DNA from: Promethearchaeia archaeon
Lineage (GTDB): Archaea; Asgardarchaeota; Lokiarchaeia; Sigyniarchaeales; SOKP01
Length of the DNA: 14,022 nucleotides
Reading direction: 5' to 3'
Assembly (NCBI GenBank): GCA_029856125.1
Contig: JAHQWJ010000146.1
Span: 1-14,022, forward strand
Shown: piece by piece, positions 1 to 7,326 of the stretch
Numbering within the stretch: position 1 is the stretch's first letter
Layout: the number at the start of each line of letters is the position of its first letter
Program-made: the position numbers and the translations under genes
Notes under the pieces: model-generated
What the model was told of the DNA's origin: nothing
What the model saw: only the letters and a program-made list of their open reading frames with translations
The model's database searches: none

Positions 1-2
1 AT

Positions 3-629
3 GCACATGCTAATAATTATAAAGTTCAAACATTAAGTTTATGGCTTACATTAAATAAAAGAACCACGGTCATAAATACTACAGATGGAGAATCCTATTA
101 TAGCATATTACCGAGTGAATCTATCTCATTAGAAATAGAATTAACAGATGTTGATTTTGGTGGAACAATAACTAATGCTATAGTCACATACAGATGGGCA
201 TATGGTCAGGGCAATCTTACAGATCCTGATAATGATGGTATTTATGAGGGTGAGTTAGAAAATATTCCAACGGGAACTTATGAATTAATTATTACTGCTT
301 CTGCGGGAGATGACTATAATTTTGAGAATTATAAAATTACATTAAATGTTGTATCAGTTTCACCACCTGATTTTACTTTACTATTCATTGCCTTAGCTGG
401 AGGTCTTGTTGCTTTGATCATTGGATTTACTTTATATGAAGTACGCTTTAAATATCCTGCTACTGTAAGAAAATCGAGAAAAGTTAGGAAGAAAATACGA
501 AAAGGTAAAAAGACAAAACCTGTAAAAGACATTATATCTCGAGAAGAATTAATTAAAGACCACCTGAAAAATAATACTGAAATTTTTCAATTAGAAAAAA
601 AACCTGAAAATGGATTAAAAGAAAAATAA
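3..629 (+). CDS. 5'-truncated C-terminal part (208 aa visible) of a large cell-surface Ig-like/beta-sandwich protein with a single C-terminal TM helix and basic cytoplasmic tail
   Basis: The frame of the listed 414..629 ORF is open from position 3: AHANNYKVQTLSLWLTLNKRTT...ISLEIELTDVDFGGTITNAIVTYRWAYGQGNLTDPDNDGIYEGELENIPTGTYELIITASAGDDYNFENYKITLNVV-SVSPPD-FTLLFIALAGGLVALIIGFTLY-EVRFKYPATVRKSRKVRKKIRKGKK. It shows Ig-like strands (GTYELIITA), a DxDxDG motif, a hydrophobic helix and a K/R-rich tail. Confidence 0.85.
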   Translation, partial: AHANNYKVQTLSLWLTLNKRTTVINTTDGESYYSILPSESISLEIELTDVDFGGTITNAIVTYRWAYGQGNLTDPDNDGIYEGELENIPTGTYELIITASAGDDYNFENYKITLNVVSVSPPDFTLLFIALAGGLVALIIGFTLYEVRFKYPATVRKSRKVRKKIRKGKKTKPVKDIISREELIKDHLKNNTEIFQLEKKPENGLKEK

Positions 630-665
630 AAATTAGTAAAAAATAAAAAATTAAATGTGAAAAAT

Positions 666-1793
666 ATGGCAAAAGGGTATATTATCACTAACTGGACAGA
701 AGATCAAGGCCTTGGAGTTCAATTAAGTTATCCTCAGGATTTAATTGTAGATCTTGATGATATGATGAGAATTTTTTACGCTCATATTACTGGTGCTGGA
801 GAAGCTGGAAATGTATTGGTACGATTAGAAAAAGCGCGTTCAAATGTTTCCAGCTATTTTACTGGAATGGAATCTGAAAATCAATATATGATTAATTTCA
901 TTATGGAATTAGGTGAAGATCCCGAAATTTTTGGAGAGGCCGTACTTTCAGAAATCAATAAAAATATTTTATTCTACCTTAAAAATATTAAACAGAATCC
1001 AGCCAATAGCCTGGATATAACAAGTGAATTGACAGATTACCTAAAAAATTCTCTCACGTACTTAGAGCGTCTAAAAAATTTAACGAAAGAGCAAGTTATG
1101 GCTCAAATATATAATAGTGGAAAAGGAAGAATGATATTAGAGATTTTACAAGAAAAGCCACATACTAAAAAAGAATTACGTAATCTCTTAGAGGAAAAAA
1201 CAGGGAAATTTATACCAAATATTGATATCTTGCTAAGTCATTTTGTAAAAACTGATCTCGTTAGGCAAGATTGGATTGAAGGTGATTCAGATATTACTTT
1301 ATTTCTACTTTCTGATTTTATTATAATTAGAAAACCAGTAATTAAGTTAATTGACGACGCAAAAAAGGGAATTCCCAATCCGTATGTAGCCAAAATGTAC
1401 CAAGAAATCGTATCAAGTTATTTCTCGAACTATACACCAACTGAGGAGGATAATTTAAAGATTGCACATCATATGATTAATCCTGATGTGTTCGATTATG
1501 TCGTGCTCTTTAGAGAAAAATCGTATCCTATTAATAAAGTACCTAGAGGTCCAGGTGAAACATTCGATCAGGTTAGAACATTTCTATCAGCTTTAGAAGC
1601 TGATAATATTATTAAAATTATCAAAGATGAAAGCAATGTTGAATGGATATTCTTGGTAACTGATATCACTGCACTGAAATTCTATCCGGAGTATCTTATC
1701 GAAAACATAAGAAAAGCAGTATCGGAAGATATCCTGAAAAAAGAACCCGCAGTCAAGCACTTAGAGCTTCTTGAACAAATATATAAGAAATAA
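666..1793 (+). CDS. Longin/uDENN-like N-terminal domain plus two winged-helix domains (NPRL2-like architecture), Asgard-type hypothetical protein
   Basis: The N-terminus GYIITNWTEDQGLGVQLSYP...RIFYAH...NVSSYFTG...YMINFIM fits the beta-beta-alpha-beta-beta-beta-alpha longin/uDENN pattern. There are two wHTH-like segments (GRMILEILQEKPHTKKELRNLL...FVKTDLVRQ...LFLLSDF and FDYVVLFREK...FLSALEADNIIKI...IFLVTDI). ATG at 666 is preferred over GTG at 657, which lies in a GTGA SD-like motif. The ORF is secure; the fold is inferred. Confidence 0.6.
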   Translation: MAKGYIITNWTEDQGLGVQLSYPQDLIVDLDDMMRIFYAHITGAGEAGNVLVRLEKARSNVSSYFTGMESENQYMINFIMELGEDPEIFGEAVLSEINKNILFYLKNIKQNPANSLDITSELTDYLKNSLTYLERLKNLTKEQVMAQIYNSGKGRMILEILQEKPHTKKELRNLLEEKTGKFIPNIDILLSHFVKTDLVRQDWIEGDSDITLFLLSDFIIIRKPVIKLIDDAKKGIPNPYVAKMYQEIVSSYFSNYTPTEEDNLKIAHHMINPDVFDYVVLFREKSYPINKVPRGPGETFDQVRTFLSALEADNIIKIIKDESNVEWIFLVTDITALKFYPEYLIENIRKAVSEDILKKEPAVKHLELLEQIYKK

Positions 1794-1815
1794 GATTTCG
1801 TGGTGTAAAATATAA

Positions 1816-3741
1816 ATGACAGAGGATAATAGCGAATTCAAATCAACTAAGCAAGTTTTGGAATTAATAGGTTTAACTCAAGACGAAATTGAAACATATT
1901 TTCATTTGACGGGAAGAGGTCCGGTTATGGCTGGAGAAATAGCGTTGTTAGTCAACATTTCAGAAGAGAGAGCAAGAGATGTTGCCAAAAATCTTCTCGA
2001 AAAAGGATTAGTTCGCGAAGTACCAGGAACAACACCATTTTATATTGCGTTACCTCCTTACACTGCATTATTAAATCAAATTCAAAAATTTAAATCGATT
2101 GTACAAAAAATTCAAGAATCTACACCTAAAAAACTTCAATTAAAATTTAAGGAAATTGAGTCACATTCAGCCAAATTAAACAAATTCAACGATTATAGAA
2201 ACTACATCAATACGATGAAAACTAATTTACCAGCTCAAATAAGGGCGCAATTCAGTAAAGTAGAAGGAGAGCTCGAGAAAGTCAAAAAATTCCAAGAGAT
2301 AAGAGGATTTATCCTAAATCTAAGAGAAATCGCACCTAACGAAATCATCAAAGAATTTGACGTGGTTGAAACTCGATTAGAAAAAATTAAATCTGAAATC
2401 TCTATTGCTTTTGAAAAACAATTTAGAATCGGTGCGTTAAAAAGTATGGCCGAGAAAATAGTTTCAAAAATAATCTCAGAACAGTTCAGCGACCTCACAG
2501 ATTATTTTAGAGAAAAATTTGTCAATTCCATTCAAGGTACATTGGATCAAGTTACAGACCAATTAGGATCTATTTCAGATGTTGCGGGTGAGATGAGTGT
2601 TGATTTAAGTAATTTTTTATCGGATATTGTTTCTGGATTAGAGGAGACTATGGGAGATTTAGATAATCGAATAGCAAGTGTTTACGAGGATGTGGATAGG
2701 GGAATTGAAGAACTAAAGAGCTTATTCCAACGAGAAATTTATAAAACTCTTGAAGAAGATATAATGACAAACATCTTATTCCAGTTAGACTTATCAGAAA
2801 AAACAATGACAGAGTTTTGGGAGCGATCGAAAAAAGCATCAATGTTAAGTTTTAAAGATGTATGGTTTGTAAGAAGTGTTGAGGGGATGAAGGCTCAGAT
2901 AAACGAAACGGTTACACGTATTAAAGCGAAGATCCATATTATTATACCAAAACTGGAGGATGTAGATTTAGTAGCTCTTTCAAAAGTGAAAAAATTCGTA
3001 AATGTAAGAATCTCAACAAATTTCGATGTGAATAATCCAAATGATCAGGTAAAATTAGCTGAGATAGTGAAATATCCTAATATTAGTGTCAGGTTATATT
3101 CAAGAGAAAATTTATACTCCGTTAACCGAGATTTTGAGGAAGTGGTAATTTGTGCAGCATCCAAAAATGAATTTGGAGGTATTGAAATTGCTGGGATGGG
3201 TTCTGTTCTAGACGAGCACGTAAAACTTTTTGCTCCGATTTTAGAAGATGTATGGATTCAGAGCAAAAAAATAAGCGATAGTGAAATTGCGTATTCACTA
3301 GAATCGTCGCAAGTGACTAAAGGGATAAAACAACCGATCCTCCAACCAACTTATGAGACATCTCAGACACCCTCAATTCTTAATGAACTAGAGATACAAA
3401 ATAAACCGCCCCTCACATCAATAAAAAGCGATGTGCAAAAAAGTGTTGAAATACTAAAACCAAGTTCAAACATTGATTCTACCACAGCTCCGAAAGGTTC
3501 AATTTCGGAATTATTTGATGATTTCATCAATAATTTAAGTAAGAAGGTGAGCTCTGAACTTTCAGACGATTTAGTATACATACGAACAAGAATAACTGAA
3601 GATCTTGGATATGCTTCTATTTTGAATCCTATGGGTCTTACTATCGCTACTCTTAGTTCGGCTCCAAGCTTATTGTCTTCAATGGAAATTGAAGATATTC
3701 TTAAAAAGATTAACTTTTGGAGAAAGAAGATTAACGTTTAA
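1816..3741 (+). CDS. TrmB-family wHTH protein with long coiled-coil insert, PLD-like effector domain, P/S/T-rich linker and C-terminal helical domain
   Basis: The N-terminus LELIGLTQDEIETYFHL...AGEIALLVNIS...LLEKGLVREVPGTTPFYIALPP is a typical TrmB HTH. Residues ~85-340 are helical/heptad-like. DVWFVRSVEGMKAQINE...IHIIIP...EDVWIQSKK matches a TrmB C-terminal PLD-like fold without HxKxxxxD. GGTG lies at 1802-1805 upstream. Confidence 0.8.
   Translation: MTEDNSEFKSTKQVLELIGLTQDEIETYFHLTGRGPVMAGEIALLVNISEERARDVAKNLLEKGLVREVPGTTPFYIALPPYTALLNQIQKFKSIVQKIQESTPKKLQLKFKEIESHSAKLNKFNDYRNYINTMKTNLPAQIRAQFSKVEGELEKVKKFQEIRGFILNLREIAPNEIIKEFDVVETRLEKIKSEISIAFEKQFRIGALKSMAEKIVSKIISEQFSDLTDYFREKFVNSIQGTLDQVTDQLGSISDVAGEMSVDLSNFLSDIVSGLEETMGDLDNRIASVYEDVDRGIEELKSLFQREIYKTLEEDIMTNILFQLDLSEKTMTEFWERSKKASMLSFKDVWFVRSVEGMKAQINETVTRIKAKIHIIIPKLEDVDLVALSKVKKFVNVRISTNFDVNNPNDQVKLAEIVKYPNISVRLYSRENLYSVNRDFEEVVICAASKNEFGGIEIAGMGSVLDEHVKLFAPILEDVWIQSKKISDSEIAYSLESSQVTKGIKQPILQPTYETSQTPSILNELEIQNKPPLTSIKSDVQKSVEILKPSSNIDSTTAPKGSISELFDDFINNLSKKVSSELSDDLVYIRTRITEDLGYASILNPMGLTIATLSSAPSLLSSMEIEDILKKINFWRKKINV
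2092..2406 (+). repeat. Three tandem 35-aa (105-nt) protein-level repeats inside the TrmB coiled-coil region
   Basis: KSIVQKIQESTPKKLQLKFKEIESHSAKLNKFNDY / RNYINTMKTNLPAQIRAQFSKVEGELEKVKKFQEI / RGFILNLREIAPNEIIKEFDVVETRLEKIKSEISI. P12, F19, E23 and K28 are in register in all three. Confidence 0.75.
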
Positions 3742-3773
3742 GTTTTCACTTTTGTTAAAGAAAAATAAAAAAA

Positions 3774-5051
3774 TTAATTTTTTATACTGTTTATATTGCC
3801 CGTGATCATTTCCAATTCACCTTTGCTGTCATAATCTACATTTTTAATATCTGTAAAACTCCAAATTAAAAGTGTTACTATCATTCCAAGGATAGCACAA
3901 TACAGAAACAAATTACCTACTCCAAAGATTTCCGCCAAGGGGCCAGAGAGCAATGTCGCGATTGGAGAGATAGACATGGATAGTGAATTATCGATGGAAG
4001 TAATCCTCCCCATCTTATCGGCTGGAACAACCGTTTGTATAAATGTTTGATATAAGGCATTTATAATTGGTAACGTTAAGCCCATCGCAACACCACCTAT
4101 ACCTATTACTAAGTATCCTCCTGGAGGAGCTAAAGCCATAATCCCATACCCCATCATGAGAATAGAAATACAACCAAATATTACTTTCATCTTACTATTC
4201 CATGTTTTCTTAATTGAAGTTAAAATGGCACCACAAATCATACCACCTTGAAAAAAAACTAAAACTATTGCTAAATCTGAAGCAGAACCACCATGAAAAA
4301 CATTAATATAATAGGGCATCAATGTATCAAAAGGTCTTATCAAAAAATTAAGTAACATCGAAAGAAAAATTATTGTTACTAGTCCAGGTATAACCTTAAT
4401 AGTTTGAAATCCAAGTTTGAATTCCCTAAAGAATGATTTTTTTTCAGCATCGTCTCCATGATTCTCGACCGATGGAATCTTGATGAGCACTAGCGGGATT
4501 AAAGCTATAAAAAATGTTATGACATCGACCCAAAGAATTGTGCTTATCGACATTATAATCATTAAAGTTGCGCCAATTAGCGGTGCAATAATTTGAACCA
4601 CTCCAGTAAATAAAAAGTTAATCCCATTAATTCTGGATAACTTATCTTTTGGTACCATAGCAGGTATAATAGAATTCACAGTTGGTAAATGAAACGCTTG
4701 AAATATGCTACGAATACCTATGAATATTAAGACTGTCCATACATTGGCAAGATTCATCTGAAATAAAACAAGTAATAATAGAGTTGTAACTGCTTGTAGA
4801 GAGTCAGCTACAACAATTATTACTTTTTTGTTCAATCTGTCAGCAAGAACTCCCGCAATTGGCATAAAGATCACTTGACAAATAATAAAGAAAAACGAAC
4901 CGATTGCTAGATATATCGGGCTCTGAGTTTCCTCCGTAACCCACCATATAATTACAAAGTAGACCACCATTGATCCAAAAAGTGAAAATAATTGTCCCGA
5001 CCAAAAATACATATAACTTCTAAATGAGCTCTTATTTGCTAATTCCTCCAT
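3774..5051 (-). CDS. MFS transporter, DHA3/MefA-like efflux family
   Basis: 425 aa with about 12 hydrophobic segments. It has the WSGQLFSLFGS start, motif A (AGVLADRLNKK), AFHLPTVNSIIPAMVPKDKLSRING and QTVVPADKMGRI. Confidence 0.92.
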   Translation of the reverse strand: MEELANKSSFRSYMYFWSGQLFSLFGSMVVYFVIIWWVTEETQSPIYLAIGSFFFIICQVIFMPIAGVLADRLNKKVIIVVADSLQAVTTLLLLVLFQMNLANVWTVLIFIGIRSIFQAFHLPTVNSIIPAMVPKDKLSRINGINFLFTGVVQIIAPLIGATLMIIMSISTILWVDVITFFIALIPLVLIKIPSVENHGDDAEKKSFFREFKLGFQTIKVIPGLVTIIFLSMLLNFLIRPFDTLMPYYINVFHGGSASDLAIVLVFFQGGMICGAILTSIKKTWNSKMKVIFGCISILMMGYGIMALAPPGGYLVIGIGGVAMGLTLPIINALYQTFIQTVVPADKMGRITSIDNSLSMSISPIATLLSGPLAEIFGVGNLFLYCAILGMIVTLLIWSFTDIKNVDYDSKGELEMITGNINSIKN

Positions 5052-5275
5052 TTCACATTAACCTTTTTTTTCTTATATTTTCAATTTTCAATTTTCTTCA
5101 TTTCTTTATTCAATTTACTTTCATTTGGCAAACAATCTCTCAAAAAAATTCTTAATTTATCTAATTCTTATTTAGAAGACATTCTTTGATTTTGTAATTC
5201 ACAATTCCAATATCCACTAATTTCCTTTGATTTAATTTATCCGGTTTAAGCTTGCATCTAAATTATGAGTCAACT

Positions 5276-6193
5276 TTACATTTTGTTAATTAATTCGTTA
5301 ATTTTTGAAATCACTTCTTCAGGAGCGCTCGTGAATTTAAACACGCCTTCTTCCAAAGTTCCTTCAATACCCTCGTCCACTAATTCGTATATAAGATTTT
5401 CCGCATCCTTGTTTGCTCGATTAAGTGCCTGAGCGAGTTTTTCAATTGGTAAACTTTTCTGAAGTTTAATTAAGCCCCTAACCCTCTTTTTGATTCGGTC
5501 TTTATCGTTTGAAGTCGCAAGATTGATTTTAATCTTAGATTTGCCTTTTTTCCCCTTAAACTCACGCTCTATTTTATCTCCTAAATCCTCGATTCCAGAT
5601 TCCCTGACAGCACGCTCGATATTATCTCCAATTTCGTCAAGTTTTGAGAGGTCTCCAATATTCTCTTTTACGAATTTCATCGATTTTCGAATCAGTTCTG
5701 ATACTGAAGAACCCAACTCGTCCGACCAATCCCTCCATTCGTCGCTCGTATCTTCGTCTACGGAGATATTAATTCGTTTCGCTGCTTTTTTCTGTGCATT
5801 ATCTAATTTCTTCTGCATTTTGTCACTAATTTTCTCTTTTTGTTTCTCCGTTTTATTCCGTATTTGTTCAAGTTTCTCACCAGCACGCTCGATCTGTTCT
5901 CGTGCATTATCTCCCAAGTTCTCTAAATCTCTCGCTGTATCCCCGATTTCTCGTAATAGATAGTCCCTCTCATCCTGTAACTCTTGTAACTCATCAATTA
6001 ATTCTTCTTTAATTTCTTCTTTAGTATCCTTCAAATCCTCGATTTCATTCTTAAAATCTTCGTGTAAGTCTACTAACTCTTCCAATAAATCATCTTTAAT
6101 ATCTTCTAAGTTATGAGTTATAATTCTTCTTTTCCTTTCTAAGTCTCGCTCATCTTCAGCATTTTTATCGTTATTTCCTGGTTCTTTATACAT
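5276..6193 (-). CDS. Putative regulator: acidic coiled coil + CopG-like ribbon-helix-helix + C-terminal PCI-type winged helix
   Basis: Residues ~15-138 form an E/D/K/L coiled coil. KRINISVDEDTSDEWRDWSDELGSSVSELIRKSM is an RHH pattern. RVRGLIKLQKSLPIEKLAQALNRANKDAENLIYELVDEGIEGTL is a PCI/wHTH pattern. SD AAGGAGG lies just upstream of the ATG. Confidence 0.7.
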   Translation of the reverse strand: MYKEPGNNDKNAEDERDLERKRRIITHNLEDIKDDLLEELVDLHEDFKNEIEDLKDTKEEIKEELIDELQELQDERDYLLREIGDTARDLENLGDNAREQIERAGEKLEQIRNKTEKQKEKISDKMQKKLDNAQKKAAKRINISVDEDTSDEWRDWSDELGSSVSELIRKSMKFVKENIGDLSKLDEIGDNIERAVRESGIEDLGDKIEREFKGKKGKSKIKINLATSNDKDRIKKRVRGLIKLQKSLPIEKLAQALNRANKDAENLIYELVDEGIEGTLEEGVFKFTSAPEEVISKINELINKM

Positions 6194-6241
6194 GATTATC
6201 CTCCTTATAATTCGTTTATTATCTTATTATTTTAATTTATT

Positions 6242-6937
6242 TTATTTTTGCAATTCGTCTTCAGCAGTTTCGGAAATTTGAGTAGTTTCATGGGTTAAGG
6301 TTGCTTTTTTGTCAATTTCAATACTATCAATATAATATATTTTCCCTAAAATCTCTGTCCGCCTACCAATTTTTATATTTCGACCTCTAACATTACCTTG
6401 TACAAACGTGTTAATTATCTCAATATCGTTCGTGGCAAATATATCACCAAACACTTTATAAGGGTGTTTAGAGACTCTTTTCCCACCAAAAGAAGATTGT
6501 GACCCAATCAACACATTTTTTGCCTTAATACCTCCCCTTACTGTAGTTGATCCTTCAATTTCAATAGTTTCCTCCGAAGTTAACCCACCATCAATTTTAG
6601 AAGAACCTGAGAAGCTCATACCTCCGATGGCATCAATATTACCTCCAGCTCTTAACGATCCAGAGTTTTCTAATTCTCCTTTAAGATCAATTTCTTCGCC
6701 AATTGATGCTGAACCAGAAAATTTAGCGTTGCCGTCTCCATGAAGGGCTCCTAGTATTCTGAACGAACCTGAACTTTTAACATCGCCCCGTACAACTAAG
6801 TTTCCCTCCCCTTTTAATGAACCAGACGACTTAAACGCATCGCAAGAAAAATCTCCATCAATTCTAGCTGAACCTGAAACGTTAATAGTATCGTCTATGT
6901 TTCCCGCTGAGAGTTTACCTGATCCTGATATTTTCAT
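6242..6937 (-). CDS. Bactofilin-type polymer-forming cytoskeletal beta-helix protein (CcmA / Bacillus YhbE-YhbF-like)
   Basis: It has about 17-18-aa periodic repeats (KISGSGKL, NVSGSARIDGD, KSSGSLKGEGN, KSSGSFRILGA, KFSGSASIGEE, ENSGSLRAGGN, SFSGSSKIDGG, EIEGSTTVRGG). The C-terminus NVRGRNIKIGRRTEILGKIYYIDSIEIDKKA is typical of the YhbE/F type. SD AAGGAGG is upstream. Confidence 0.85.
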   Translation of the reverse strand: MKISGSGKLSAGNIDDTINVSGSARIDGDFSCDAFKSSGSLKGEGNLVVRGDVKSSGSFRILGALHGDGNAKFSGSASIGEEIDLKGELENSGSLRAGGNIDAIGGMSFSGSSKIDGGLTSEETIEIEGSTTVRGGIKAKNVLIGSQSSFGGKRVSKHPYKVFGDIFATNDIEIINTFVQGNVRGRNIKIGRRTEILGKIYYIDSIEIDKKATLTHETTQISETAEDELQK

Positions 6938-7093
6938 TTCTTTTTTCCTCCTTTTTACTTTTTTTTTATTTTTGTTTTTTTTTTGATTTGAATTTTTATT
7001 TTTGTTTATTTCTTACCTTATTATTTTTTATTTATGATCTTGATTTTTGTGTTATTCGTGTGTATAATAAAAAATATAAAAAATATTTTTAAT

Positions 7094-7183
7094 TTAGTGG
7101 CTAACAAAAGAACTTGTTAAATTTTGGGAATATATTTTACATTTAATATCGTTCAATTCTATTGTTTTGTTGTTGTATGTCAT
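7094..7183 (-). CDS. Candidate 29-aa small protein / leader peptide (MTYNNKTIELNDIKCKIYSQNLTSSFVSH), absent from the ORF track
   Basis: The minus strand reads ttGGAGGaaataatcATG...CAC TAA. The start context closely matches that of the 6193 gene (GGAGGataatcATG), and a TATA box lies upstream. Confidence 0.5.
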   Translation of the reverse strand: MTYNNKTIELNDIKCKIYSQNLTSSFVSH

Positions 7184-7244
7184 GATTATTTCCTCCAATT
7201 TTTTTTTTATTTTTTTGTTTCTAATTAGTATATTATTTTTTTCA

Positions 7245-7270
7245 TATTTAAAGTTGTGTATTTATACACA
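7245..7270 (-). promoter_or_regulatory. TATA box (TTTAAATA, 7252-7245) with adjacent palindrome TGTGTAT-TT-ATACACA (7255-7270) over the BRE position
   Basis: Read directly from the sequence. It is oriented toward the sORF/bactofilin genes. A further TGTGTATA half-site lies at 7059-7066. Confidence 0.6.
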
Positions 7271-7292
7271 CTGGTGTGGATCAATATATCAC

Positions 7293-7326
7293 CTCACGAT
7301 CGAAAATCTTCTCACGATCGAAAATC
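7293..7326. repeat. Perfect 16-bp direct repeat CTCACGATCGAAAATC x2 separated by TT
   Basis: Copies are at 7293-7308 and 7311-7326; each contains the palindrome CGATCG. Confidence 0.95.

Noticed and set aside
414-629. 71-aa ORF as a standalone gene
   Set aside because: Its frame is open back to position 3, and the TTG start falls inside the TM helix of a larger protein.
2850-3270. Active phospholipase D/nuclease in the TrmB protein
   Set aside because: No HxKxxxxD motif is present.
3774-5051. Calling the MFS gene mefA (macrolide resistance)
   Set aside because: Only family-level similarity is visible, so the substrate cannot be inferred.
5608-5893. 13-bp repeat CAGCACGCTCGAT (at about 5608 and 5881)
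   Set aside because: Explained by the repeated IERA peptide in the coding sequence; not an independent DNA element.
5490-5963. 157-aa antisense ORF (S/F/I/L-rich)
   Set aside because: It is the mirror of the E/K/D/R-rich coding strand of the 305-aa gene and has no independent features.
7293-7326. Direct repeat as a mini-CRISPR array
   Set aside because: Only two 16-bp copies with a 2-nt spacer, and no cas genes.
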